DNA of 64,000 bases, from assembly GCA_038087875.1 (NCBI GenBank), contig CM076000.1, positions 310,001 through 374,000 of the forward strand, written 5' to 3'. How positions within the stretch are numbered: the stretch's first letter is position 1; each line of letters starts with the position of its first letter. Shown here in pieces: positions 1-12,784 of this stretch. Source of the stretch: Malacoraja senta. Lineage: Eukaryota. A model generated the notes under the pieces. It did not search any database. It was not told the origin of the DNA and saw only the letters and a program-made list of their open reading frames with translations. Both the position numbers and the translations under genes were made by a program.

Positions 1-876
1 AAGTCCAGATATAACACATCCACTGGTTCTCCCTTATCCACTCTACTAGTTACATCCTCGAAAAATTCTATAAGATTCGTCAGACATGATTTACCTTTCA
101 TAAATCCATGCTGACTTTGTCCAATGAACTCACCACTTTCCAAATGTGCTGCTATCCCATCTTTAATAACCGACTCCAGAATTTTCCCCACCACCGATGT
201 TAGACTAACTGGTCTGTAATTCCCCGTTTTCTCTCTCCCTCCCTTGTTAAAAAGTGGGGTTACATTAGCTACCCTCCAGTCCTCAGGAACTACTCCAGAA
301 TCTAAAGAGTTTTGAAAAATTATCACTAATGCATCCACTATTTCTGCGGCTACTTCCTTAAGTACTCTGGGATGCAACTTATCCGGCCCTGGGGATTTAT
401 CGGCCTTTAATGCATTCAATTTACCTAACACCACTTCCCGGCTAACCTGGATTTCACTCAGTTCCTCCATCTCATTTAACCCCCGGTCCCTTGCTATTTC
501 CGGCAGATTATTTATGTCTTCCTTAGTGAAGACAGAACCAAAGTAATTATTCAATTGGTCTGCCATGTCCTTGTTCCCCATGATCAATTCACCTGTTTCT
601 GACTGCAAGGGACCTACATTTGTTTTAACTAATCTTTTCCTCTTGACATATCTATAAAAACATTTGCAGTCAGTTTTTATGTTCCCTGTCAGTTTTCTTT
701 CATAATCTATTTTCCCTTTCCTAATTAAGCCTTTTGTCCTCCTCTGCCAGACTCTGAATTTCTCCCTGTCCTCTGGTAGGCTGCTTTTTCTGGCTAATTT
801 GTACGCTTCATCTTTTGTTTTGATACTATCCCTGATTTCCCTTGTTATCCACGGATGCACTACCTTCCCTGATTTA
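1..876 (-). mobile_element. CR1-clade LINE ORF2 fragment (5'-truncated; continues beyond window start)
   Basis: Aligns by eye to 18621-19496 of the long CR1 copy (YLDF, NYRPVSLTS, KSPGPD motifs on minus strand); homology stops at 'taccttccctgattta'. Confidence 0.92.
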
Positions 877-1039
877 CAGTGTGATGGGGATATTCACAGT
901 GTGATGGGGATAATTCAGAGATTAGCGATATAGAAACATCCATATTTCCATGAATCAGTCATGAAGTCACTGAAAATGTCAATGTGTTGCAGCTTATCTT
1001 TTTGCTTGCAATTCCGTGCAGTTCTTAAGGCTATTGTTA

Positions 1040-1257
1040 TAGACAATAGACAATAGGAGCTGGAGTAGGCCATTCGACCTTTCAAGCCAGCACCGCCATT
1101 CAATGTGATCATCCACAATCAGTTCCTGCCTTCTCCCCATATCCCCTGACACCGCTATCTTTAAGAGCCCTATCTAGCTCTCTCTTGAAAGTATCCAGAG
1201 AACTGGCCCTCCACCGCCCTCTGAGGCAGAGAATTATACATACTCTGTGAAAAAGTA
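1040..1257 (-). mobile_element. CR1 LINE 3' end fragment
   Basis: (caataga)n tail followed by the same 3' UTR as the other CR1 copies; minus-strand translation FKRELDRAL...GYGEKAG. Confidence 0.85.
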
Positions 1258-2262
1258 TTTGTAGGACGTTATTTGAAGTGCACTTGGCAGCAACTGATTT
1301 GAGATGGAATTTTGCTATCACTAATTCTACTTCATTTCTCGTCCTAATAATGACACAAAATGGCAGACCTTGGAGAAAATGACAGACCTTGTGGTTTGGT
1401 TGCTTCTCATTGAGTAGCATTGAACAATATTCTGTATAAACCAGCCTCTGTGGATCCTTTTACTACATAACATTTATGAACAGTTCATATAATGCTAATG
1501 TCATTATTAAACTGTTTTTACGTAAATGTGTTAATAACTACATTGCTGCAAGCATTACAGTTTTAAATAAATGCAATTGTTTGTTCGTGGCAAAGGGTTA
1601 TTTTCCATATTCTGAAAAAGCCAGGTGGACATGACCTATGGAACTTTCTTGTTGACCCAACTAATTATCTAAAAAATGTTTTAATATATACTCTCCTGCC
1701 AGGATCAGTTTTATTTACATGTTTCATCACACTTTCTTTCATTATTCTTTACCTTGGATGCAAGATATGATTTGAGTTCCCTACAGGATCCTAGAATGAA
1801 ATATTCTTCACAAGTGGCACCACTCAAGTGCAGCCAGCAGCACTGCAGCATCACAGCTCTGATGACCTGGGTTTAATCCTGACATCTGGCCTTGTTTAGA
1901 GGACGCTTCACCAGCATCTCTGGAGAACGTGGATAGGTGACGCTTTGGGTCGGGACCCATCTTCAGACTGAATGTAGGCGGGTGGGGGGAGGGGTGGGGG
2001 AAGCAAGCTGGAAGGGGGGAGGAGAGGGACAGGACAAAGCCTGGCTGGTAATACATTGATACAAGTGAGGGGTGTTTTGATAGGCAGATGGTGGACAAAG
2101 GCCAGAGTTGAAATTCTGTAACTACATGTATTCTGGATGGTTCCTGCATGAACATTTGTATGAACTATTCAGGCTTACTTAAGCTTAGTTTCATACAGCA
2201 CAATGCACAATTCAAAATATGCAAGCAAAAAAAAATTATGACAATTAAGGGGAATGATTCTA

Positions 2263-4033
2263 TCCATGTTGGACCCTTGAAGACTGAAAAATGTGAATTT
2301 ATTATGGGGAAAAAGGAAATGGCAGATGAGTTGAACAGGTACTTTGGATCTGTCTTCACTAAGGAGGACACAAACAATCTTCCTGATGTGGCCAGAGGAT
2401 CTGGGGTGACGGAGGAACTGAAGGAAATCCACATTAGGCAGGAAATGGTGTTGGGTAGACTGATGGGACAGAAGGCTAATAAATCCTCAGAGCCTGATGG
2501 TCTGCATCCCAGGGTACTTAACGAAGCGGCTCTAGAAATCGTGGATGCATTGGTGATTATTTTCTAATGTTCTATAGATTCAGGATGAGTCCCTGTGGAT
2601 TAGAGGGTAGCTAATGTTATCCCACTTTTTAAGAAAGGAGGGAGAGAGAAAACAGGGAATTATAGACCAGTTAGCCTAGCATCGGTGGTGGGGAAGATGC
2701 TGGAGTCAATCATAACAGATGAAATAGCGGCACATTTGGATAGCAGTAACAGTATCAGTCCGAGTCAGCATGGTTTTACGAAGGGGAAATCATGCTTGAC
2801 TAATCTTCTTTTTGATGATGTAACTAGGAAAATGGACAAGGGAGAGCCAGTGGATGTTGTGTACCTGGACTTTCAGAGGGCATTTGATAAGGTCCCACAT
2901 AGGAGATTAGTGGGCAAAATTAGGGCACATGGTATTGGGGGTAGAGTGCTGACATGGATAGAAAATTAGTTGGCAAACAGGAAACAAAGAATAGGGATTA
3001 ACGAGTCCCTTTCAGAATGGCAGGCCGTGGCTAGTGGGGTACCGCAAGGCTCAGTGCTTGGACCGCAGCTATTTACAATATACATCAATGGTTTAGATGA
3101 AGGGATTCAAAGTAACATTAGCACATTTGCAGATGACACAAAGCTAGGTGGCAGTGTGAACTGTGAGGAGGATGCTATGAGAATTCAGGGTGACTTGGAC
3201 AGTTGGGTGAGTGGGCAGATGTATGGCAGGTTCAGTTTAATGTGGATAAATGTGAGGTTATCCACTTTGGTAGCAAAAACAGGAAGTCAGATTATTATCT
3301 AAATGGTGTCAAGTTGGGAAAAGGGGAAGTACAACGGAATCTGGAGATCCTTGTTCATCAGTCAATGAAAGTAAGCATGCAGGTGCATCAGGCAGTGAAG
3401 AAAGCGAATGGTATGTTGGCCTTCATAACAAGAGGAGTTGAGTATAGGAGCAAAGAGGTACTTCTGCAGATGTATAGGGCCCTAGTGAGACCACACCTGG
3501 AGTATTGTGTGCATTTTCAGTGCTATTGAGGGAGTGCAGCGTAGGTTTACAAGGTTAATTCCCGGGATGGTGGGGCTGTCATATGATGAGAGAATGGAGC
3601 GGCTGGACTTGTATACTTTGGAATTTAGAAGGATGAGAGGATCTTATTGAAACATATAAGATTATTAAGGGTTTGGACACGCTGGAGGCAGGAAACATGT
3701 TCCCGATGTTGGGGGAGTCCAGAACCAGGGGCCTCAGTTTAAGAATAAGGGGTAGGTCATTTAGAACTGAGATGAGGTAACTCATTTTCACAAAGAGTAG
3801 TGAATTTGTAGAATTCTCCGCCTCAGAAGGCAGTTGAGGCCGATTCAAAAGAGAGTTTGAGAGTGGATGCATTCAAAAGAGAGTTGGTAGCTCTTAGGGC
3901 TAGTGGAATCAAGGGATATGGGTAGAAGGCAGGAACGGAGTACTGATTGTGGATGATCAGCCATGATCACATTGAATGGCGATGCTGGCTTGAAGGGCTG
4001 AATGGCCTGCTCCTGCACCTATTGTCTATGTAT
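2263..4033 (+). mobile_element. CR1 LINE, 5'-truncated, decayed RT
   Basis: ORF fragments with QHGFTKGKSCLTNL, YLDFQRAFDKVPH, GVPQGSVLGP, FADDTKL, LVRPHLEYC; several stops and frameshifts; CR1 3' UTR at about 3950-4033. Confidence 0.93.
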
Positions 4034-4042
4034 CCATCTAAG

Positions 4043-4388
4043 CCTGGAGGCAGGAAACATGTTCCCGATGTTGGGGGAGTCCAGAACCAGGGGCCACAGT
4101 TTAAGAATAAGGGGTAAGCCATTTAAAACGGAGATGAGGAAACACTTTTTCACACAGAGAGTTGTGGGTCTGTGGAATTCTCTGCCTCAGAGGCCGTGGA
4201 GGCCGGTTCCCTGGATACTTTCAAGAGAGAGCTAGATAGGGCTCTTAAAGATAGCGGAGTCAGGGGATATGGGGAGAAGGGAGGAATGGGGTACTGATTG
4301 GGGATGATCAGCCATGATCATATTGAATGGCGGTGCTGGCTTGGGGCCGAATGACCTGCTCCTGCACCTATTGTCTATTGTCTATTGA
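4043..4388 (+). mobile_element. Second CR1 3' end directly behind the previous copy
   Basis: Repeats 3682-4030 (ESRTRGHSLRIRG) and ends in a (tctattg)n tail. Confidence 0.88.
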
Positions 4389-4619
4389 TTCATTGTTTTA
4401 GATGACCTGCACTGTGATGGATCAGAGTTACCATTGTAACATACAGCAGTTTTTCAAATGTCAACTTAGAGACGCTGCCTTCTCTAGTTGGAAAAAACTG
4501 GACCATGGGTAAAAGCACACACAGTTAATATAACTTAATTATTACCATTAATAACTTGAGTTAAGCAGGAATATGATTATTAGCCAGAAATTCCAAATAA
4601 TAAAAGAAAAAAAAATGTT

Positions 4620-4917
4620 CAGTTCAGTTTAATTTAGAAATACAGTGTAAAAACAGGCCATTTGTCTCAACAAATCCACACCGACCAACGATCACTTGTA
4701 CACAAGTTCTATCCTACACACTAGGGGCAATTTACAGAAGCCAATTAACCTTCAAACCTGCACACCTTTGGAATGTGGGAGGAAAATGGAGCACCCAGGG
4801 GAAACCCATGCGGTCATGGAGAACGTGCAAACTGCGTACAAACAGCATCCAGAGTCAGGATTGAACCCGGGTCTCTGGCGCTGTAAGGCAGCAACTCTAC
4901 CGCTGCAGCACTGTGCC
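4620..4917 (-). mobile_element. HE1-type (V-SINE) tRNA-derived SINE
   Basis: Minus strand reads tRNA-like head (gcggtagagttgctgccttacagcgccagagacccgggttcaatcc), V-domain (ttcctcccacattccaaag) and CR1-like tail. Confidence 0.85.
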
Positions 4918-5268
4918 AGCGCATATTATATATCATCTAGTCGGGAGCCTTATTTTTCCCTTTACTGAAGGTATTCCTCCATAATAAGATAAGATACAAC
5001 ATATTTAATGGGAAAGGGCATTAAGTACTGTCATGTGACAGAATGGTTTTAATGAAAGGGAATAAATTGGGAAAATATGGATAAGGCACGAGTGGAGCGC
5101 TTACAATTACATTAATGACAAGTACTATTAAAAGGCCATTTATAATCAACTGCTTTCTACTGCTGGGCCTAACATGTAGAGCAGACATTTAATGAACTTA
5201 GAAGTTTTGGTTCTGTGTGAAGGAAGTGCTTTGCTAATGGAGCATTCATCTGATTGATCAAATTGGCC

Positions 5269-5610
5269 AGCCAAGAACGGTCAGAACCTTTATCCCAGGA
5301 TGGAAATGTCCAACACCAGAGGACAACCACAGCAATAAGGTGAGGGGGGGGGGGGGTTTAATGGAGATGTGTGGGGCAAGTTTTTTTTCTTTAACAGAGT
5401 GGCGGGAGATGGAAACATTGCCAGGCATGGTGGCAGATATGCTAGTAGTGTTTAAGAGGTGTTTAGATATGCACATGGAAGTGCAGTGAATAGAAGGATA
5501 TGGATCATGAACAGGCAGATGAGATCAGTTCAACTTTGCATCAGGTTTGGCACAAGCACTGTGGGTTGAAGGGCCTGTTCCTGTGCTGTACTGTTCTATG
5601 TTCTATGTTC
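5269..5610 (+). mobile_element. Old CR1/HER1 3' fragment
   Basis: Ends in gaagggcctgttcctgtgctgtactg(ttctatg)n, the tail shared with other CR1 remnants in the window. Confidence 0.75.
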
Positions 5611-5687
5611 AAAGGCAGATCCTAAATCTCTACGCTTTTTGCAGATCCTGATTACAGATGTTTAAGCCAATGTATTAGTAATCTCAT

Positions 5688-6748
5688 TTCCGGAAGTGGT
5701 GGCGCTGTCGTACAGCAGCGGCTCGCCTGCAGTCCGTCTGTTTTTACTTTTTTTATTGTTTTCTTTTGTCCTGTTTCAGTTAAATTTTAGTTTATTGGGT
5801 TGTGTATGTGGGGGGTGGGGGGGTGGGGGGTGAAACATGACTTTTGTCTCTTCTTTCGGGGGAATGCGACTTTTTCTTGTCGTATCCCCCTTCTCTGCCT
5901 CCGTCTGCGCTGAGGCCAAAATGGCGGAGCTGCCGGCCTCCAACTCCAACTGCTAGCTGCCGGCCTCCAACTCCAACTGCGAGCTGCCGGCCTCCAACTC
6001 CAACTGCGAGCGACCGACCGACCTCGAGGCTCCGGAGGCAGAGCCAGGACTTACCAGCGCGAGGCTGGCCAACTTCGGGGCTGCGGTGGCGTTCCGGCGG
6101 TGGCGGTGGCATTCCGGCGGTGGCGACCGAGGACACTGGTGGCGACCTGAATCCGGAGGCTCGGCCGCAGCTGGCCCAGTGGACGACATCTTCGGGAGCG
6201 CGAGGCTGGCCGGCTTCGGAGCTGCGGTGGCGTTCCGGCGGTGGCGACCGAGGACACTGGTGGCGACCTGATTCCGGAGGCTCGGCCGCAGGCCCGGTGG
6301 ATGACATCGTCGGGAGCGCGCAGGTCACAGGTTGGTGACCTGTTTTTCTGGGGCTCCCGCAACTACAGCTGCGTCCGCTGGACTGGAGGGCGGCAGCTTC
6401 GGCAGCTTCGACCACCCCGGGCCGCGGAGTTTGAGCCGGCTCGTCGCGGAGCACGGATTCGGCCGCTGGACTGGCTTACCGTCGCCCGGCGGGGCCACAG
6501 CATCAGAAGCCTGGATCGCCGAGGGAGAAGAAAGCGGGAAGAGACAGAGACTTTAAGACTTTTGCCTCCATCACAGTGAGGAGGTACCTGGTGAACTCAC
6601 TGTGGTGGATGTTAATTTGTGTTTATTGTGTGTTTTGTCATTTATTATTACATTTATTATTATATGTATGACTGCAGGCAACAAAATTTCGTTCAGACCG
6701 AAAGGTCTGAATGACAAATAAAGGAATCTCTAATCTCTAATCTCTAAT
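5688..6748 (+). mobile_element. Young GC-rich non-autonomous retroposon with Rex1/Babar-like tail and internal tandem repeats
   Basis: CpG-rich body; 27-bp repeat x3 (about 5928-6010); ~140-bp internal duplication (6056-6320); 3' stem-loop ttcagacc-gaaa-ggtctgaa, then tgacaaataaag and a (tctctaa)n tail. Confidence 0.65.
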
Positions 6749-7092
6749 TTCTCACGCAGAATTCTGTTGGATTTAAGTCCTACTTCAGGAGCAGAGCAGG
6801 TCACCCATTTTAAGGATAATGTTTTCCTTAATGCCTTTTCCAATACCGATACTTCAACCCACATTATTGCATCAGATTAAACAATCATTGTTGCAATGCA
6901 AACCTTCCTTGTGCAAATAACCTGCATACAAACATTATGTAAAATTATTTTTCTGACTCCCCAAAATTCACTAAATGGGTACAAATATAATCAACAATTA
7001 GTAATCTAACATGCAGTCTTCAACTTCATTTCAAAATCTTTCATGTAAAATCAATTTGGTCTTTTTGAACTTGGCAGCTGATTCACTAGATT

Positions 7093-7580
7093 TAGAAACA
7101 TAGAAACATAGAAAATAGGTGCAGAAGTAGGCCATTCGGCCCTTCGAGCCTGCACCGCCATTCAATATGATCATGGCTGATCATCCAACTCAGTATCCTG
7201 TACCTGCCTTCTCTCCATACCCCCTGATCCCTTTAGCCACAAGGGTCACATCTAACTCCCTCTTAAATATAGCCAATGAACTTGCCTCAACTACTTTCTG
7301 TGGCAGAGAATTCCATAGATTCACCATTCTCTGTGTGAATTTTTTTTTCTCATCTTGGTCCTAAAAGACTTCCCCCTTATCCTTAAACTGTGACCCCTTG
7401 TCCTGGACTTCTCCAACATCGGGAACAATCTTCCTGCATCTAGCCTGTCCAACCCCTTAAGAATTCTATCCAGTCTTTCTTCATATGAAAGTCCTGCCAT
7501 TCCAGGAATCAGTCTGGTAAACCTTCTCTGTACTTCCTCTATGGCAAGAATGTCTTTCCTCAGATTAGGAGACCAAAACT
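7093..7580 (-). mobile_element. CR1 3' fragment with internal deletion
   Basis: (tagaaaca)n tail and a sequence matching 9030-9578, with about 60 bp missing near 7466. Confidence 0.9.
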
Positions 7581-9029
7581 ATATTACAAATTCACAAACG
7601 AGCATACCAAATTTATTAAATTTAATAGAGGAATTTGGGTCCTTTTCTGGATATAGAATAAACTGGAATAAAAGTGAAATCATGACGTTAAGAATCTACA
7701 CACTTATTGAAATTCCCCTTTAAAATTGCAACAGAAAAATGTAAGTATTTGGGTATTCAAATTACTAGAAAATATAAAGCATTATTTAATGCTAATTTTA
7801 TGCCTTTATTAAAGAAACTCAACGCATTGATTAAATTCTGGAAAACACTTCCCTTATCATTTATAGGTAGAATAAACGCTATAAAAATGATTTTTTTACC
7901 ACAATTATTATACCTATTTCAATCTATACCATTATATATACCCAAATTAAAAAAAAAAAAACTAGACTCTAATATTACTAATTTTATTTGGGACTATAGA
8001 TCACATAGAATTTAAAAAAAACACTTATGTAATCCAAAAGATGTCGGGGGACTTTCACTTCCGAACTTTTTGTATTACTATTGGGCAGTGCATATTAAGA
8101 ATATAATTTACTGGTTGGACAGTTCTACCCAACAGACAGAATGGATAAGAATGGAGAAAGAGGATTGTTCCCCTTGTAACATAGGAGCGATCCTCTTCTC
8201 CCCAATAAAACTGAACAACATAATATATAAGAATAACCCAATTATACATGATACAATAAGAATTTTGAAACAAATAAAATTATCTTTAAAATTGAGAAAT
8301 CTATCATTGTTAATGCCAATAGTGAATAATCCTTCATTTAAATCATCTCTTATTGATAAAACATATAACCAATGGGAAAGAATGGGAATTAAAAGGATCG
8401 GTGATATGTATGAAATGGGAAACTTGTTACCATTCCAACAATTACAATTAAAATTTAAACTGAAAAATAACCAATATTTTAAATATCTTCAGATTTGCGA
8501 CTTCATGAAGAAATACATACAAAGATATCAAAACATAATTTTTGATCCACGAAGAAGAAATGAATATTAAGGCTGACACAGAAATTAATATCATATTTAT
8601 ATAATAGTATTTTAAATATAGACCTACCATCGCCAGAGGTACTTAGAGAAGAGTGGGAACGAGAAATAATGATAAAAATTACGAAGGAAACATGGGAAAA
8701 GTATTTGATATATATACACAAATGTTCTATTAATGTAAGACATAATTTAATTCAATTTAAAATTTTACATAGATTATATTATTCAAAAACTAGATTGAAT
8801 AAATTCTATCCAAATACCTCCCCCATTTGTGATACATGTCTAGCCCAAAATGCAACTATAACACACCCTTTTGTTTCCTGCATAAAACGTTATAAATTCT
8901 GGAGTGATATTTTTGAAATATTTACAAAATTATTTAAGATAAAAATGGAACCTAATACTGAAATGATTATATTTGGAGTAATGGAAGACGGGAATAAATT
9001 GAACTCATCTCAAAATTTATTTTTTAATT
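7581..9029 (+). mobile_element. L1-clade LINE ORF2 C-terminal fragment (RT end to Cys-rich domain)
   Basis: FGSFSGYRINWNKS, KYLGIQIT, WKTLPLSFIGRINAIKMIFLP, GGLSLPN..YYWA and CDTC...HPFVSC are typical L1/Tx1 ORF2 motifs; AT-rich and frameshifted. Confidence 0.88.
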
Positions 9030-10473
9030 ATAGAAACATAGAAACATAGAAAATAGGTGCAGGAGTAGGCCATTTGGCCCTTCGAGCCTGCACCGCCATT
9101 CAATATGATCATGGCTGATCATCCAACTCAGTATCCCGTACCTGCCTTCTCTCCATATCCCCTGATCCCCTTAGCCACAAGGGCCACATCTAACTCCCTC
9201 TTAAATATAGCCAATGAACTGGCCTCAACTACCCTCTGTGGCAGAGAATTCCAGAGATTCACCACTCTCTGTGTGAAAAAGTTTTTCCTCATCTCGGTCT
9301 TAAAGGATTTCCCCCTTATCCTTAAGCTGTGACCCCTTGTCCTGGACTTCCCCAACATCGGGAACAATCTTCCTGCATCTAGCCTGTCCAACCCCATAAG
9401 AATTTTGTACGTTTCTATAAGATCCCCTCTCAATCTCCTAAATTCTAGCGAGTATAAGCCAAGTCTATCCAGTCTTTCTTCGTATGAAAGTCCTGACATC
9501 CCAGGAATCATTCTGGTGAACCTTCTCTGCACTCCCTCTATGGCTATAATGTCCTTCCTCAGATTTGGAGACCAAAACTGTACGCAATACTCCAGGTGTG
9601 GTCTCACCAAGACCCTGTACAACTGCAGTAGAACCTCCCTGCTCCTATACACAAATCCTCTTGCTATGATGGCCAACATACCATTCGCTTTCTTCACTGC
9701 CTGCTGCACCTGCATGCCTACTTTCAATGACTGGTGTACCATGACACCCAGGTCTCGCTGCATCTCCCCATTTCCTAATCGGCCACCATTTAGATAATAG
9801 TCTGCCTTCCCGTTTTTGCCACCAAAGTGGATAACCTCACATTTATCCACATTATACTGCATCTGCCAAACATTTGCCCACTCACCCAGCCTATCCAAGT
9901 CACCTTGCAGTCTCCTAGCATCCTCCTCACAGCTAACACTGCCCCCCAGCTTAGTGTCATCCGCAAACTTGGAGATGTTGCTTTCAATTCCCTCATCCAG
10001 GTCATTAATATAAATTGTAAATAGCTGGGGTCCCACCACTGAGCCTTGCGGTACCCCACTAGTCACTGCCTGCCATTCTGAAAAGGACCCGTTTACTCCT
10101 ACTCTTTGCTTCCTGTCTGCCAGCCAGTTCTCTATCCACATCAATACTGAACCCCCAATACCGTGTGCTTTAAGTTTGCATACTAATCTCTTACGTGGGA
10201 CCTTGTGGAAAGCCTTCTGAAAGTCCAGATATAACACATTCACTGGTTCTCCCTTATCCACTCTACTAGTTACATCCTCGAAAAATTCTATAAGATTCGT
10301 CAGACATGATTTACCATGCTGACTTTGTCCAATGATTTCACCACGTTCCAAATATGCTGCTATCACATCTTTAATAACTGACTCTAGCATTTTCCCCACT
10401 ACCGATGTTAGACTAACTGGTCTGTAATTCCCCGTTTTCTCTCTCCCTCCCTTTTTTTAAAGTGGGGTTACAT
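9030..10473 (-). mobile_element. Young CR1 LINE, 5'-truncated, with an open 423-aa RT reading frame (9128-10399)
   Basis: Uninterrupted RT motifs (YLDFQKAF, GVPQGS, FADDTKL); 12-bp in-frame deletion in QHG(FTKG)KSC; (tagaaaca)n tail. Confidence 0.95.
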
Positions 10474-12030
10474 TTAGAGTCAGAGTGTATAGTTCTAATG
10501 TGAATAAAACAAGTAATCTCAGGAAGTTGGTCAATAAAGTGAAATCATTTTATACAGCCAACATGCTTGGAAAAGGTTTTTCTCCCAGATTTTAACTTGC
10601 ATTCCATGGAATGAATTTTGGAGGCAAGAATCACACACTGAATCTGTAATATAGCCAGCTAGCACTGCCAACCAGCAACGGGTTTCCAGATATCTATCTT
10701 GTAAGGCTACACATTCCTACAATTTCAGCAAAGGGTCATTCATTTCAAAGAAAACATGCAATCATAATTTTAAAAATAAAATAAAGCAAACTTTGGAACC
10801 CCATTGTCATGCCATTTGGCTGTTCCACTATAAACACATAGGGGCTTCACCCTAAAACTGTTCTTTAAGGGGTTAGGAAAATTGGGGAGAAATTGAGATG
10901 AGATTTGAATGCATCTTTTCAATCAGATCCAATCTGCAGGAATTTAGCATTTCAAAGCTCTCTTTCTTTGATTTACTTTAGACAGCATTTCTTTTAAGAA
11001 ACACAAATAACGTGCAAAAATCCTTGCCCAAGGGAAATTGGAATTTTTTATGCTTATATCACTGCTGTTGAAAAATAATTTCCTCCAGATTCCTTTTATT
11101 ATATGAAAACATAATAGATTTTTATAGTTAAGACCAAATATGCACGATCTAAATAAATCTGTCTTAAGATGAATATTAATTAAACATTGTGAGAAGATCA
11201 GCAGGATAACTTTTATGTCCATCAGCTAAATCAAAATGAAATCTTGACCTGCAGTGACCTTTTGTCAAAATATTTCATAATTCTCTAATTTAAATTGCCC
11301 AAAAGTCCCTTTCTTCTGCTCATGCTGTTGATTAGTTTTCTACAGTTACCTCTTTAACATTTAGCTACTTTACTTGGCTCTTGCCTGACCTCTGGGAATC
11401 TTCCCCCTTCACAACACTGTATAGGTCCTCTCCCAGAGATCCTGCTACTTTGATCAAAAGTAAGGAAATTACATAAATTCCTGAATCGGCTGCAAGCCCA
11501 ACCTTCCTCTTCTGACCCCATGTTAACTCTTCCTGAGCTTCAGCCTGGACTTACTCGCTCCAACTATTTCAGCTCCCTGAAATCCCTGGAAACAACATCA
11601 CGGGACACCTCCTGCTGCCACACTAATATCCAAGATCATTAAAGGACACTAATCTCACGCCAAATACATCACTCAAGCACCCTGATGCAATAATGACTTG
11701 GAAACGACGCGTGATCGTTAGTTTGATTAAAGGAGGATCCCGACCCAAAACGTCACCCATCCTTTTTCTCCAGAGACGCTGCCTGACCCACTGAGTTACT
11801 CCAGCACCTTGACTAATGTTCAATATGGAGAAGAGCTGGATGATCTTGGAGGGGGTAAGAAACCGCTTTACTGGACAATAAGTGTTCTACGCTGTTAATA
11901 TGCGATGAGGAATCCACAAGTATAGATGTTTTTAATGTAATTAACTTCCATTTTCTAAATAAATAATCAACATCCAATTAATTTTAAACAAAAATTATTT
12001 TGCGTATTATTAACTAAGCCTCCAACTCCC

Positions 12031-12300
12031 TTGCCAGGACTTGAGAGCCTGAGTTACGGGGAGAGGTTGGGCATTCTGGTATTTATTCCATGGCGTGCAG
12101 GAGGTTGAGGAGCGATCTTATAGAGATGTATAAATCTATAACAACATTTAAAAGACACTTGGACAGGACATGGATAGGAAAGGTTTAGAGAGATATGGGG
12201 CAAATGCAGGTAACTGGGACTAGCTTAGATGGGGCATCATAGATGACACGGACGAGTTGGGCTGAAGGGCCTCTTTCTGTGCTTTATGACTCTCTGACTC
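12031..12300 (+). mobile_element. Old CR1/HER1 3' fragment with internal deletion
   Basis: ttgccaggacttgag...gggctgaagggcct...tatgactct, colinear with 13231-13680. Confidence 0.75.
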
Positions 12301-12439
12301 CAAGAAGCCCACTTTTTTAAAAATATCTTGAAGTCTTGCTCCAAAACATCTTACATGAGTGATATTAGCTTTAACCATTTATTTTTCTACAACCTTTCTG
12401 ATTGCCACATGTTCTGCTTGCTACAATGGCCTTGTCTGG

Positions 12440-12760
12440 ATATAAAGGTCCACCACCGATTTTCTGGGAACTGGTGGTCCGGCACCTCCTTTAATCCAGA
12501 CAGAATTGGGAGAGCACAATTGAAATGCCCCCCAGAAGCCCCCCCCCCCCCGTAAATGTGGCACCGAAGCCGTGAAATGGCCGATCTTGACCTCATTGGG
12601 ACTTCCGTGGCTGATCGGCGGGTTGAATTTGCCCCCCATGCGGCCAGGGTTCTGGAACTCCGGCCCAGTTGGAGCCAGCAGATCCGTTTACATAGCCCAC
12701 TTCTGAGGCTGATTTTATGGGCCGGTATCTCGGATTGTTTGGCATGTCCCTCAGCAAGGC
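12440..12760. mobile_element. Tc1/mariner (Tigger/pogo-like) MITE fragment
   Basis: Same family as 38769-39130 and 41547-41785 (ggtccaccaccgattttc...ggtggtccggcacctcctttaatcc). Confidence 0.55.
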
Positions 12761-12784
12761 CACCAGCATAATCATGGTCGAGTC

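Noticed and set aside
4860..4917. tRNA gene
   Set aside because: It is the tRNA-derived head of an HE1 SINE and lacks a full cloverleaf; the same applies to the other HE1 heads.
5792..6579. Overlapping long ORFs on both strands
   Set aside because: GC-rich repetitive TE interior with few stop codons; no recognisable domain.
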